Below the pieces are notes generated by a model. The model was not told the origin of the DNA. It was given only the letters and a program-made list of their open reading frames with translations, and searched no databases. A program made the translations under genes and the position numbers. Source: Zootoca vivipara (taxonomy: Eukaryota). Taken from it: a stretch of 64,000 nucleotides of DNA. Positions 23,617-37,203 of the stretch are shown piece after piece; position 1 is the first letter of the stretch; every line of letters begins with the position of its first letter. The stretch spans positions 20,708,001 to 20,772,000 of the forward strand of contig NC_083284.1 in assembly GCF_963506605.1 (NCBI RefSeq). Reading direction: 5' to 3'.

Positions 23617-23859
23617 CAGTGGTACCTCTACTTACGAATAACTCTACTTACGAATAACTCTACTTACGAATGGAGCTTTGTCCGCCATCTTGGATGCGGT
23701 TTAGATAGGATTTTTTCTACTTACGAATTTTTAGATAGGGTTGCTTCGACTTACGATTTTTTTCTCCCAATGCATTCCTATGGGATTCGACTTACAATTT
23801 TTTTCTACTTACAAATGTGCGTTTGGAACGCATTAAATTTGTAAGTAGAGGTACCACTG
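23617..23859. mobile_element. Tc1/mariner MITE
   Basis: TA TSD; TIR CAGTGGTACCTCTACTTAC; internal CTACTTACGAA repeats. Confidence 0.9.
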
Positions 23860-24014
23860 TATTTGGGCTTAGACAAGAATAAAGGACAAAATGGTTGCCC
23901 CTCTCTCATTTCCACATACAGAAGGTGACTGTACTTACTTATTTAAATCAGACAAGGGAATGTATTTCTTTACCCAGAGCATAGTCAAACTATGGAATAT
24001 GCTTCCACAAGAAG

Positions 24015-24855
24015 CACTGGAATTGAGGATGCCTTCCTTGGAGACACTCCTGTGGAAACGTGTTTTTAGCTATTGGTTAACACTTAGTTGGTCTCTAAGG
24101 TGCTACTGGAAGCAATTTTTTTATTTTTTGTTTCGACTTTGGCACAGATTACCTAATTATTATCTAGCCCAATGCTTATGGCGTGATGAGTTTACTGGCC
24201 CTTTTTGGAATTTCACCATTAGAAATTCTGAAGTATGATCTTACGACAGCAAAAAAGATTATTACCCAAAGATTGGACGATATAGAGATGCAACGCCCAA
24301 ATGTTCTCCGCGACATTTGGGCGTTAATCCTTCATTTCATGTGCCAGCTTACTTATCATCCCTTCCTATTGCCACTCATCGTTTTGCTTTTATTAAGGCA
24401 TGTTTTAATGTCTTCCCCTCAAATGTCCTCCTTCACAGATTTTCTAAGGGCCAAGTTTCGGTTTTATGTGCCTGTGATAACTCCTTGATTGAAACCCTGC
24501 AGCACATAGTGTTTATATGTCCTTTATATTGTGCTGTCCGTAAGAATTTATTGCTCCCACTAATTCAAAAACTCCCCAGGCATCTGGAAGAATCTCACCT
24601 TGCTTTTTTATTGCAAGACACAAATCCGTTTGTAACTCTACAAATGGCAAAAAAATTAACTTCTGTTTTGACATATAAGAGACAGAATGGATTGTTATAT
24701 ACAACTTGAAATTCTTTTATTATATCCTTATCTAATTCTGTATATCCTTTTAAGCTATTTTACCTTTTAATTGTAAATCAAATTGTGCGTGTTTCTGTTC
24801 TTGTTTTATTATGTCTATGAGCTTAAAGCTGAAATAAAGTGATTTGGATTTGGAT
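24015..24855 (+). mobile_element. 5'-truncated non-LTR retrotransposon (RTE-X-like) inserted into a CR1 fragment
   Basis: C-terminal zinc-finger-like CACDNSLIETLQHIVFICPLY; AATAAA and (GGATTT)n tail; ~24-bp TSD with 2 mismatches (23991-24014 and 24856-24879). Clade assignment tentative. Confidence 0.75.
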
Positions 24856-26109
24856 TATGAAATATGCTTCCGCAAGAAGTAGAAGGGATGGGCGCTAACT
24901 TGGGCAGTTTTTTAGAGGATTCAACAAATTCATGGAGGATAATGGCTACTAGCTAATATGACATTGTTCTACCTCCACTGTTGGAGGCATTATGGACTTT
25001 GAATAGGAGTTGCTGGGAATTGTAGGTAGGGAGAGTGCTCTTGTGCTTAGGTCCTGTTTGTGGTCTTCCTATAGGCATCTGATTGACCACTGTGAGAATG
25101 GGATTCTGGACTTGACAAGCCACTGGCCTCAACCAGCAGGACTCATGTTCTTACTTCAACAATAGCAGAGAGACAGTGTCTTACACTGCACCTGAGGCCA
25201 CCTGGTGGGGCTGATGGGAATGATAGTCCAACAAAATCTGGAGAGCACCATGTTGGCAAATTCTGACAAAGGAGACAAGTTTTTACGGAAGCCCCACCCC
25301 AAGCTAATGGATGAAATCATTCTCTCGCCAGCCCTAAATACCATACCCTTGGTAACCACTCACAGACAATGAGAGACACTAAAAAAATGCTCATCCCACT
25401 TAGAGGTATTATCTGGTGCTGTCAACTCTACCACCCCATTCTAACTACTCAAGGATTCAGGGTGAACAAGCAATCCATGTAAATAACTACTCAGAAAACA
25501 AACAATTAAAAAAAAAAGATTGGGAGCTCGGCCTGTATTAATTGATGGCACAATGGGAGAGAATTCAGCAATTTGCCCAAAGTTTCCTAGTCAAGTACAA
25601 TCTCCTCCCAAAAAAATAGAGACTAAAAAGGATGTGGCCCTTGTGCGAACTCAACAGGTTGACACAAAAGGAGAAACACCAGTTGTGCCTCTATCCAGAA
25701 ACAGTCCTGACCAAAATGACTGCCATGTAGACAGGCCTACCTCCTGAGTCATGCGGATCTGTCTGCTACTGCTCCCAATTCATCCTCACAATACTGGGGG
25801 GGGGGGAGCTAGATAGCAATGCCTTCCCAGGGACAGATGGTCCAACTGCTGCACCACTTGATGTCTCCATCTGAGCAGAATTTCCAGGCCCCGAGTTGCT
25901 GCATCTCTGGCTATGCCTCTGCAGCATTGCTTTTGTATGCAGGGTAAACAGTCATTTGTACTAGCTGCGTGTTTGTGAAATAAATATAAATGGGATGGAC
26001 TGTAATAGTGTGTGAGAGGTCAAATAGTTGAGATTCATAAGGAGCTCTGAGTGATGGAAGTTTGGTTTGCAGTACCATCATTCACGGCTTGAGACACCCT
26101 GAACAGTGG

Positions 26110-26275
26110 TTGAGATGAATATTGGAAGATCCAGGCCAGACAAAAGAAAGTACTTCTTCACACAGTTCACAGTTAAACTATGGAGTTGGCTCCCACAAGA
26201 CCGAAGGACAGCTGCCACCTTGGATAGCTTGAAAAGAGGATTAGATTGATTCATAGAGGGTAAGGCTATCAATGT
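26110..26275 (+). mobile_element. CR1-type 3' fragment
   Basis: GACAAAAGAAAGTACTTCTTCACACAG...AAAAGAGGATTAGA, the same family as 8235-8450. Confidence 0.75.
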
Positions 26276-26495
26276 CCTGGCTCCCACCAAAAGACAAACA
26301 ACTCAGACTCTTGGTGTGGGGGACCCTAAAAGTTTTATTAAGGAAATCGGTAACACAATCTTTGCATCAGTTCAGAATAAAGGTTGCAAGGTTCAGCAGG
26401 TACAATAGCAGAGTCTAGGATACATGGCTAGGCATAAGCAAAGACATTCCAACACTTGACATGTAGATGTTAAGCACCATAGAGGATACAATCAA

Positions 26496-26810
26496 ACCCT
26501 GAGGAACCCCATACTGAAGTCTCCACAGGACCAAAGATCACTCCCCAGGCACTCTTTTGAAACAACCATTCAAGTAGGACTGGAAACACCGCAAAGCAGT
26601 GCCACCCACTCCTAACTCGGACAGCCACTCAAGAAGGATTTCATGGTCGATGGTATCAAAAGCTGCTGAGAGATCAAGGAGAATGAACAAGGACACATTT
26701 CCCCTGTCTCTCTTCCGACAGAGGTCATCATACAGGGTGACCAGAGTAGTTTCTGGGCTAAAACTAGGCCTAAACTCTGATTGAAATGTATCTAGAAAAT
26801 CAGTTGCCTG
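26496..26810 (-). mobile_element. L2-clade LINE reverse transcriptase fragment
   Basis: Minus strand translates LLDLSAAFDTIDHEILLEWLSELGVGGTALRCFQSYL. Confidence 0.9.
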
Positions 26811-29800
26811 GATCTAGTCACACACCCCAGGCACATTGGACAGTTACTCATTTGAGCCAGTTGGCGATATTTCTTTCACTTGTTCATCATTCCATTGACA
26901 CCTTGATGTTTGTTTACTGCCCAGGTTAAGTCAATGCACTATTGCAGTAGCATGATGTAGAAGTCTACCTCTCAGATAGCCTGCAGTGTGAACTGGGATT
27001 CTCTGCAAAACAAGATTCAAAATACTGTATCCACATTCACTCTGAACCAGGAATCAAGATACATGTATAGAAGGCACAGAGTCCCCTTCTGGTTTGGGAA
27101 CTGCAAGCACAGATTGGGTGGAGATACGTAACAGCATTGAGATGTGAGGCATCCCAATGCAGGTCCTGTTTATGCTACATGCTGTGAATCTGGAAGCAAG
27201 TTCCATAATGCTTCAGTGCAGATGGACATTGAATATACCCAGTCACTAATGTTAGTCTAATGAAAATTTGACTCTGGGGTGTGGGTATGTTTGGTTCCCC
27301 CTCTCTACTATGCACACACAAATCTGCATTGTACATTTGTGCATAACATGAAAATGCACACTTTTTGCCCAAAGTAGCATACAGGTATTCATCGTTCTAC
27401 ACCAGTCCTTGGCTACATCCCAACAATTTTTAATGGGATGAAATGTGCAGATTAATCTATATTTATGCTGTTGATCTGACAGCTTGAGACACTGGATTTA
27501 AGCAGCAGCCAGGATTTGCACTGCTTTAATGTTCTTTGCCATATTAGCGACAATCTGTGACACCTGCTTTTGGTGATATTAACTGAAGCTCATGCACTGC
27601 AAATTTCTTCTTTGGCTTGCCTTGTGGGGCAAAGAAGTACTTTCTATCACATGGTGATAGAAAGGCAGATCAAGCAGCTCTCAAAGCAAAGCCTCCATGA
27701 AACTGCATTTGCTATATATAGATGGGTGCAATAAACACCATTGTGAATTGTTTTCCAGCCTGCTGTTTGAGATTATTTGCGTGTGTGTGTGTGTTTATAC
27801 ATATATACCTACACACTGAGATACAATTAGATCTCTGTTATACACATTACCACATTTTATATCATTTAGGCTTCAATCCTAACCCCACTTACCTGGGAGT
27901 CTGCCCCACTGAATTTGATAGGACTTAATTTGAGTCAATGTGGTTAGGAATGCGGTGTTAGTAAATTAGTCAATACAAATTATAGTGAGAGCGGTAGTGC
28001 TTGGAGTCTTAACACTACAGCTGCTGTAAAAAAAATCAATAAGTCAAAAAGGTGCAATTTTATCTATCTATCTATCTATTTATGATACAAAACTAAATGT
28101 AATAATCAATAAACATTTAAAAGCATCACAGCAACTCAAAATAGTTTTTTTAATTAACTGCAAGCTAAAATGTATCGGGAATGAGAGCATGTATACCTTA
28201 ATGAGCTTTGAACAGAATTCAGAATTGAATTTCCATCTAGTAAAACACACTGTAAAGGTCAGGTTCAAGAGCAGATCGTGCCAAATCTCTAATGACTTTA
28301 AATTTTTACGAGACTGAAAAACGATATTGTGGCAGAATATAGGTAGATAGCACCAAAGCACAGGCTGGGCACTTCATGTGCTTCATAACTTTCACTTTTT
28401 AAATGAGTATTGTACAGGAGAAGTGCATTCAACTCCAGTGCACATGAATACAGCCTGGTACTGTATTTTGAAACATTTGCTTTTATTTGTAACCGAACTT
28501 AGGGTACTGCAGCCTGCCGTTGCCTAATCACAGGAAATCCCACTGAACAAAGCTAGTTAACACAGAGCCTGACCCACGAAATTCAGAACATTCTGAATTT
28601 CACAACGCCATCCACTGCTACCTGCCACATTCCCCCCCCCACAAGCACACACAGGGGTGACTCATGCGTTTGCAAAAAACCTGCAGAATTATTTCCCCCT
28701 TCCTACACATGGAGATCTGTGTGGTTCATTTTCTCCCACAGCTACTCTCCTTTCCTTAAGCTGCTTTAGCTTTGCAGTTGGCAGCCTGATAATCAAGAGG
28801 GAGTTCGGGCTTCTGATGCATTTGCCAGCTGCCTGGCCCTGATGCATTTGTGTTACAGACACTATGGTACTTTCCAAACACAACAGGTGTGCCCTCTTTT
28901 AATCTCTTTCACATTTTGACAGTGGCACGCAGGACACCAGCTCTTCCATCCTCCTCCAAGAAAGGCAATTGCTAATGAACCTGGTACAGTAGTTACAAGC
29001 TCTGCAGTCTGGGCTGAAAGACAGCGACATTATCCTGATTTCCCCCCACTTTTCACACGCATGAAAACTTCACAATCTCTGTCACCTATCTCCTTCAGCA
29101 ACCCTACCCACTGATTCTCTTTCCATGGCTCCTCTGCAAACTCATATCAGTTTTAGAAGTTAGCTGTCATAACAGCTTCTTCCAAATAATCCTGGGGTGG
29201 TATTCAACTGAGTTTTACTTAAATTAAACCCACTGAAATGTACCTAACATGACTAAGTTAGGGTCATTAGTTTCATTGGGTGTACTCTGAGTGGGACTTA
29301 GAACTATAGTTTGCCAAAGTGGTAAGCTTTTTCAGAGATCTCACCTGACAGAACTACAGTTCCCTGGGAAGAGGGAACGATGTTAAATCAGCTTTAGAGA
29401 GTGGATAATTGTCTTATGGCTGTCTTATTCCATGGATCCTTTCCTCTACACACTCAAAATTGATTTATCTGTTACTAGAGGAGCACTTCCCTATGTCTGG
29501 ATTTCATGATGTGCAAATAATGTTCATACCACATGAGTCAGGCAAATGATACGACTCCTTTGGCATCCATGATTAATCCTCTAAGGCAGAGAGGCCTTAG
29601 CACCAACATTTTATCTGTTTAAGGCTACAGTCTTATGCTCATTTACTTGGACCTAAGTCGAGCTGTCTCCAAACTTTGGGGGGGCACCAGGGCATTGGGC
29701 AAGATGTTCCTCCTTGGGTTGGCCTATTGCCTATTCTTCAGGGCTCAGTCTACAAAACTGCCCACAGGGAATGCTCCATGGAACCATAGACTTGAAAGAC

Positions 29801-30184
29801 CTCAAATGACATCCAGTTCACGCTCTGCCAATTCAGGAAATAGACTACTACAGCAACCCTGATAGGTGGCTACCCAGCCTCTGCTTAAAAACCTGCAATG
29901 AAGAGGAGCCTATCCCAGTGGTACTATCAGGAGCAGACAGAGACCAGGAGCCTGCTTAACAGAAGGATCAGGTTGGCTTAGCACATATCACCATCTAAAG
30001 AAGTAGTCCCCATAAGACCATTAGGCCCAGAGGCTAAAACTGCCTAGCTGTCAACACTGAGTCCGCCACCTTTTGATACAATCTGTTCCACATTGAATAG
30101 CTTATACTATCATGATGTTCTTCCTAGTTTTCTCTACATCCTTCTTCTTGTAATTTGGGTGATGCAGTTTTGTTGTTTATGATG

Positions 30185-30362
30185 ATGGTGGAGCTCTGGC
30201 TTCCATCGTGGTGTCCAGAAGTGGTTTAGTCATGCTGGCCACATGACCCAGAAAGCTTTCAGCGGACAAATGCCGGCTCCCTCGGCCTGAAGGGAGATGA
30301 GCATTGTACCCCATAGTCGCCTTTGACTGGACTTAACAATCCACGGGTCATTTATCTTACCT
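30185..30362 (+). mobile_element. Sauria SINE 3' part (degraded)
   Basis: GTCATGCTGGCCACATGACCC core shared with 31421-31757. Confidence 0.7.
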
Positions 30363-31420
30363 GTTGGTACAATAATGATGGATTAGTAGTGGGTTAGGAC
30401 TGGACTGTCCACACATCATTAGACCAAGTATTTTATTTTTCTTAATCACCAACTGTTTCTTTTTAACCTGGAGCTCGAGAGCAGAAGAATGTTGAGCTGT
30501 GAGATCAGTCATTAACAAACCTGGAGGTGGAGCTTATCTGCACTGTCACGCTTATTAAGTGAAAAGTGTGGAAGTCAGCTGAATTTGATACTACTGAGGT
30601 TTATGATACCAGGGCTCATAAATCCAGTAAAGCGGGGAAACAGATGAGGATGGACTCTCTGGTGCATGAATTCTCTTCCTTAACTTAGAAAAATAGTCAC
30701 CCAAGGTTACAGTGAAGGGGGTAACTGAAGAAGAAGCAGACAAAAACTCACATGGCAGCTGCTTTTGCCTATTTGCCAGGTCTAAAACCCAGACCGGAGG
30801 AATTATTCTGACGTAAAAAAAACAAGGCAACCAGAAAAGGCATCCATTTATGGACAGCTGTTCAGAGGCTGTTGCGCTCAGGCCCTGCTTATGGGTTTCC
30901 CATGGGTATCTGGTTGGATACTGAGAAAGGAAGTTGCAGTGCTAGGTGGGCCTTTGGCCTGGTCCTGCAATGTTATTCTTCTTTTCTGAAATGTTCTGTG
31001 CATTTTTAACACCAGAAGCCATTAAAAAATAATAAGCTCGAGCTATTCAGTGCATGAAGTGCAGCAGCGTTTGCTAAAAGCTGCCTTCACGCCTGTCACT
31101 ATCCCTGTGAAAAGTGCTGATCTTTCAGATGAATCTTAAAAAGCAATTGATGTGTTATGCAGAGTCATTTCCTGGCTGGCTATGCTGACACATCAGAACA
31201 TGAGTTATGGAGACATTCTGCGAAGGAAGGGAGAATGTGACGGTTGCCCAGTTAATTTGTTAAATGGCTGTAAGGACTGGAAAACAAAAATAATTGTCCT
31301 GGTTAATGGCAGATCTGTTTTAACTGTTGCAAGCATTTGTAAAATGAATAGTGGAGAGAGGAGCTGGAGTAGCCTGCTGGAATCCTGCAGCTCTGTGCAT
31401 TTGCATCTGTGTACCTTGAA

Positions 31421-31757
31421 TGCGGGTGGTGCTGTGGTCTAAACCACAGAGCCGAGGGCTTGCCGATCAGAAGGTCAGCGGTTCGAATCCCCGTGATGGG
31501 GTGAGCTCCCGTTGCTCGGTCCCATCTCCTGCCAACCTAGCTGTTCGAAAGCACGTCAAAGTGCAAGTAGATAAATAGGTACCGCTCCGGTGGGAAGGTA
31601 AACGGTGTTTCCGTGCACTGCTCTGGTTCGCCAGAAGTGGCTTTGTCATGCTGGCCACATGACCCGGAAGCTGTACGTCGACTTCCTTGGCCAGTAAAGC
31701 GCCGCAACCCCAGAGTCGTCTGCGACTGGACCTAATGGTCAGGGGTCCCTTTACCTT
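31421..31757 (+). mobile_element. Sauria SINE
   Basis: tRNA-derived head with B box GGTTCGAATCC, AATAGGTACCGCT core and TTTACC tail. Confidence 0.9.
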
Positions 31758-32269
31758 GAGTTACCAAGTGAAGGATGACCTTTCATTCTGGAGCAGGAGG
31801 TTCCAGTGCTTAGATGCCCAGGAACTGGGAATCCCTGCTCTAGAATCTATTTATTTATTGCTGTGGAAAGACACTGATGATGGTTAGACAAATTCATGGA
31901 GGATGACCATGGTTACTAGCCTGTGTTCTGCCTCCACTGTTGGAATATATCACAAGCTGAGAGAGCATGGTTGCATTCAAGTCACAGGAGCAAAAGAAGA
32001 GCCTGCTGGATCATGCCAGTGACCCATTTGAGTCCAGCATCCTGCTCTCACAGTGACCAACCAGATGCCTGGGAGAAACATGCAAGCAGGACCCAAGCAC
32101 AAGAGCCCTCTCACCTCCTGCATTTTCAGAATTTTTTTTCAGAAATTCTGCATTTTCAGAATATTTTTTTTTTCAGAAAACCAGAATTGGTTTTCAGAAG
32201 CATGCTCCCTCCAACAGCAGAGGTGGAGGTTAGTAGTCATTTGCATCCATATCCTCCATGAATTTCCCT

Positions 32270-32580
32270 AATCTTCTAAAGCCATCCAAGTTGATGGCTA
32301 CCACTGCCTCTCAGGGGAGAAAATTCCATGGTTTAACTGTGTGAAAAAGTACTTCCTTTCATCATCCAACATTTAGATTCATTGGATGTTCCCAAGTTCT
32401 AGTGTAATGCAAGAGGGACAAAAACCTTTCTCTATCCACTCTAGCCATGTATAATTTTGCACACTTCTATCACGTTGCCTTTTCCTCTAAACTAAAAAGC
32501 CCCAAATGCTGTAACATTTCCTCATAGGGGACTTTCTCAAGAACTCTGGTTGCCCTTTTCTGAAGCTTTCCAGGTCCGTA
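32270..32580 (-). mobile_element. CR1-type LINE fragment
   Basis: Reverse complement of the CR1 3' region (AAAAAGTACTTCCTTT, TTTTCCTCTAAACTAAAAAGCCCCAAATGCTG). Confidence 0.7.
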
Positions 32581-34403
32581 GCCATATGTTTCTGGTTGTG
32601 CACTCTGAGAGCAGACTGCTGGACTAGGTGGTCCTTTGGTCTGATCCAGCAGGGCTCCTATGATCTTATTTAGAGATTTGTGCCATCAGTGGAAAACTGG
32701 TCAGGGCTGAAGAACTGATGCTGAACCCTTCAAAGTGCCCCTTGGCTTTTCGCTGATGCGTAACGGTAGATGTTGACTGAATTTCATGCGCTGTTGCAAA
32801 TTCTCCACTTCTCGTTAGCTTTATCTGAGATCCGGTTCACATAACCCTTTGCACTTCTTGGCATGGGAGCTGATCCGTGCTATTGCTGCATTGCAGTGGA
32901 CACTCATTGAAGCGGTTGACTAATTGCTTCACCACATGGCCAGGTGGCCCATCAGCTTCTGATCAGCTGAGGGTAAAAATACATACCTCATCACAAGCTG
33001 TCCACCCGCATCTTAGAACCAAAGGGGAGGGGATCGTGGCCTTGGGTTACTTTGAAATGTTAAAGGGGAAGGGGGAGAACAGGATGGAAAATGTCAGCTT
33101 TTTGATTAAAAAGACCTGTTCACACATACACCCAAGCATACCCACACCAGCAAGTCCAGATGAACTGTGTTAAGTGGGCGGGGGGGGGGGAGCTTCATTC
33201 CAGTATACCATGATCCTAATTATATATCCATTTGCCAGGCTTACATTGAAATGTGTATTTAATGCCCCATGTATTTAAATCACATTTAAAGCACCCCCCA
33301 CAGAGCTACAGTTCCCAGCACCTTTAACTAACTGCAGTTCCCAGGACACTTTAGGGGTTACTTTTAATGTATGGTGTGTATGCAACCACAGTAAGCAGAA
33401 ATCAGAATTTTCTGTAAGAGAAACACTTAGGAGTGTGAAATACCTGAAAGCTACAAAAGGGCTTAGAAAAGTCACAAGGCAGAGTTCTCTGGCAGGGTGA
33501 CTGAATCATATTGTACAGCTCTCTGGGAGCACAGCGCCAGATGTTTAAGGTTCCACAGGTATCTCTTTCAAGTACCTGTTTCAAGGACACCTACCTTTCG
33601 GAGGTATCGCTCATCACACATGTTACATCATTTTTTTTGCAAAGCGGCACACAGGGATGGCCACTAGCCATCACATCTTCAGAAGCCTCCAAGTGGCAGT
33701 AGCAGCAGCCGTAGTAGTAGTCAGAATTGACAGGTAGGTACCACAGGACCCATAGCCAAACCTGTTCCAGCTCTTCCAGTGCCATAGCTTGCACTTGCTT
33801 ACTGAATCATTTACTCTCTCTCACGGAAGGAAACAGTGCAGTAACCAGTAGGCCTGCATTTCCTTGGCAGTAGCCACTAAGGAACTGCACTATTACTGCA
33901 CTATTACTCTTGTATCTGTGCTAGAGATAGGGATATAAGAAAGCATCCTTTCCTAGTCTGCCTTGCATTCATCCCACACATCACTGCTTCCGTTATGCTG
34001 CAGTTTGTCTTCTGCCAAAAACTATGTTATTTGCCTCTCCGTCTGTTTTGGTGAAATTACGTAAGTTACCTAATTATCTATGTAAATTATGTTGCCGTTA
34101 GGTTATTCCACCCTATGCATTTCTGTGCAAAAGAAACAGAATGCAGCGGAAACATAATCAGTTACGGTACATTATCATTTGTGGACTGAAAGCAACAACA
34201 GCCAATAACAATGTCCGGCATTAGTTGAACTGGTTTCTGTTTTGCACCTTGGATGAATTAGTGAACAATTTCCACTGCTTCTTTCTGTTTTCATCTGAAT
34301 TCTCTTAGCTTCTCTAGCTAGAAAACAATAAGTTGCCTTCTCAGACAAAACAAGTGGGATTGCAGCACCAACCAACAAATACTAAAGCTTTCTTTCCTCA
34401 GAG

Positions 34404-34602
34404 GTAGGTAGCCGTGTTGGTCTGAGTCGAAGCAAAATAAAAAAATTCCTTCAGTAGCACCTTAAAGACCAACTAAGTTTATATTTTGGTATGAGCTTTC
34501 GTGTGCTCATACCAAAGCTCATACCAAAGCACACGAAAGCTCATACCAAAATATAAACTTAGTTGGTCTTTAAGGTGCTACTGAAGGAATTTTTTTATTT
34601 TG
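34404..34602. mobile_element. Penelope-like pLTR fold-back insertion, copy A
   Basis: Perfect 75-bp inverted arms (34433-34507 and 34528-34602); TSD TTTCCTCAGAG (34393-34403 and 34603-34613). Confidence 0.85.
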
Positions 34603-36627
34603 TTTCCTCAGAGGGCTCTTGTGAGCCTCAGTTCAAGCTCCAGGCATGGGTCCGACAGACCTTTCACATGTAGTTTGTACCTGTCTGCCCTGGCCGTTCA
34701 TGAGGTTGAAACTGGCTGTATGAATGGGTGATTCAGCTCTATGAACAACAACTGCTTGGGAGCAGGGGACTGAGAAGCAGATTTGAGATACAGAATTCAC
34801 CATATTGGACATGTTTTCATTCCTGGATTTGTACAGGAATCAGGTCCTTTACTGTCCAGCCTTGAGTGGCTGGCAGCTCTATCTTCTAGTCTAGAAGATT
34901 CTTACTTTAATTCAGGGATGGGGAACCCTCCCCCCGCCCATGTTGGACTCACCATTCATAGTCCGGGGTGGTGGGAAGTGGAGTCCAATTACATCTGGAG
35001 GCCCAAAGGCTCCTTACGCCTGTTTTAATTCTTTCTGTAGAAAGGAGGTGGGATAACAGGATAATGAAATCACATCACCAAGGCTTCAGCTACTAATTAT
35101 GAAAAGGGAATCCTTGGTTTTTCTTTGTTTTATTATTCTTTATAACTTGGACAATTTATATACCACTTTTATTTAAACAAATCTCTAAGTGGTTTATAGC
35201 ACAGGTTAAGACATAATAAATAAAATAAACAGATGCAAAAAAGCCCAGAAAACCTCCATATTCTGTATAGCACAATTAAACACTAAATAACGTATTTTCT
35301 TTAGCATCAAAATAAAAATGTACCTAATGCTACAAAAATACATAGAAAAGTTCACATTGAAAAATACAATAAGCAACTAGGCATAATTTTATCTAAACAT
35401 CATTACAAGTGAAAACCTACAAATTCCACATTTTTAAATAACTGGATAAAATAAAACCCAAGCATCATATGCCCAATCATTCATAACAATTAGACAAGTG
35501 AATCCAATTAAATTCTCAACCCCCTTTACAGCAATAAAAGCCAATTTGATCTAATTACAGTATGGTTAAAAATGCATTCTATAGAGTTCTGCTCAAGTAC
35601 ACACTCACAACATGTAAACATGTAAACTCTCTAAACCAATATACTCAAACTTACTATTCTAACACACCGTCAAACCCCTCCCATACTTTAATCTTACATT
35701 CTCAATCAACAGCCCACTCACATAGCTATACTGTGAAACATGGATAAATCTGGACAAATACTGACTCACTTGCCAGCAGGGGTTTCTATCCCCAGTAGCC
35801 TGTTGGATTAAAAAACAAAAACCACTTTCTCCAACCTTCTAGATAGGCCAGGCAATAATACTTCACCTATTCTCACCTTTAAAAAAGCTACTATAAAAAA
35901 TAGTGCCTTGTACAAATACCACAGATTTTGCCTGTCTCTCGCCTGAGGGGCCAAAAGCTTTCCTGTGGGCATGTGTGCTTAGGACTGCTGAGAGGTGATG
36001 GGGGGGGGGGGTTAAGAGAGAAATATGCCAGCAATTCCAGGAGGTCTCAAGTGAAAGTTCAGTGTCCTTAATTGGCTTGCTAATGGTCTTTTGCTCTGCT
36101 GCTTCTAAATCAGTCTCCTGCATTCGGTTGCTTTCAAATTTTCTTCACAGTGTAAGAGATGAGCTGTTCTTTCGTGGAAGATTAATTCCCAAGGAAACAG
36201 GAGGCACAGTTACCTAACCAAAGACCAAACAGGGCTCTTGCAAAAAGAAAAGAAAAGAAAAAAACAACTGGATAATTTAACAACAACAAAAATTTAAAAA
36301 CAAAAAAAAATATTACTGATTGATGGTGATCCAAACCATACCATAACTGCATTTTGTCATCTGTAATTAACCAAAGGTGATCTGGCGGTTCACAGGGCTT
36401 GTAGTGCATGCAATAGATCTTGATGCTAGCCAGCATCTTGGGCTTGTCCACATGATGCTGGACTGGCAGAACACTGCATGGAAGAACTAGGGAGTGTTTT
36501 GCTATATTTGAATAGGTGGCTCCTGAGAAGGTAAATGCAACCTTATTTTTATAAGGAGCAAGAGACTAATTTCTAAGACTTCCGTGACCTCAGGACAAAA
36601 CGGGAATTTTCTGCTATGTATGGAGAA

Positions 36628-36760
36628 GGGCTGTAGCTCAGTGCAGAGCATTTGCCTTGCATGCAATCCCAGGGACCTCCAAGTAGCAATGGGAATATTC
36701 CCTACTTTAAAAGCCATGGAGAACTACTGCTGGCCAGTGTAGACAATACTGAGCTAGACA
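36628..36760 (+). mobile_element. tRNA-derived SINE remnant
   Basis: A-box head GGGCTGTAGCTCAGTGCAGAGCAT; body GAACTACTGCTGGCCAGTGTAGACAATACTGAGCTAGA. Confidence 0.7.
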
Positions 36761-36788
36761 ACCCATCTTATATGCTTATGCTCTTAAC

Positions 36789-36924
36789 CAGGCATCCCCA
36801 AACTTCGGCCCTCCAGATGTTTTGGACTACAATTCCCATCTTCCCCAACCACTGGTCCTGTTAGCTAGGGATCATGGGAGTTGTAGGCCAAAACATCTGG
36901 AGGGCCGCAGTTTGGGGATGCCTG
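36789..36924. mobile_element. hAT MITE (136 bp)
   Basis: TIR CAGGCATCCCCAAACT; TSD CTCTTAAC / CTGTTAAC. Confidence 0.9.
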
Positions 36925-37129
36925 CTGTTAACCTTCCTTTTCCAAGCTCATACTCAGTATAAGGCAGCTTCCTGTATTCTTATGTTCCTGTGAAAAGACC
37001 CAATTTCTTATACTCACTACTCTAACTGATCTTTGTGGTTCTAGTTACAGGTAGGTGTTGGTCTGAGTCAAAGCAAAATAAAAAAAAATCCTTCAGTAGC
37101 ACCTTAAAGATCAACTAAGTTTTTATTTT

Positions 37130-37164
37130 GGTATGAGCTTTCGTGTGCATGCACACTTCTTCAG
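37130..37164 (-). ncRNA. Hammerhead motif with intact catalytic core but lacking the 5' strand of stem I
   Basis: Minus strand CUGAAGAAGUGUGCAUGCACACGAAAGCUCAUACC, preceded by GAUAC instead of GGUAU. Confidence 0.7.
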
Positions 37165-37203
37165 GTATCTGAAGAAGTGTGCATGCACACAAAAGCTCAT
37201 ACC
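37164..37203 (+). ncRNA. Minimal type I hammerhead ribozyme motif (G12->A in this copy)
   Basis: GGUAU-CUGAAGA-A-GUGUGCAUGCACAC-aAAA-GCUC-AUACC: stem I GGUAU/AUACC, conserved core, palindromic stem II and palindromic AGCU stem III. Confidence 0.75.

Noticed and set aside
34433-34602. Fold-back elements read as DNA-transposon MITEs, miRNA genes or CRISPR-like repeats
   Set aside because: Inverted arms are not terminal (one arm is longer), TSDs are 11-13 bp and variable, and the centre holds a hammerhead core; eukaryotic context with no repeat-spacer array.
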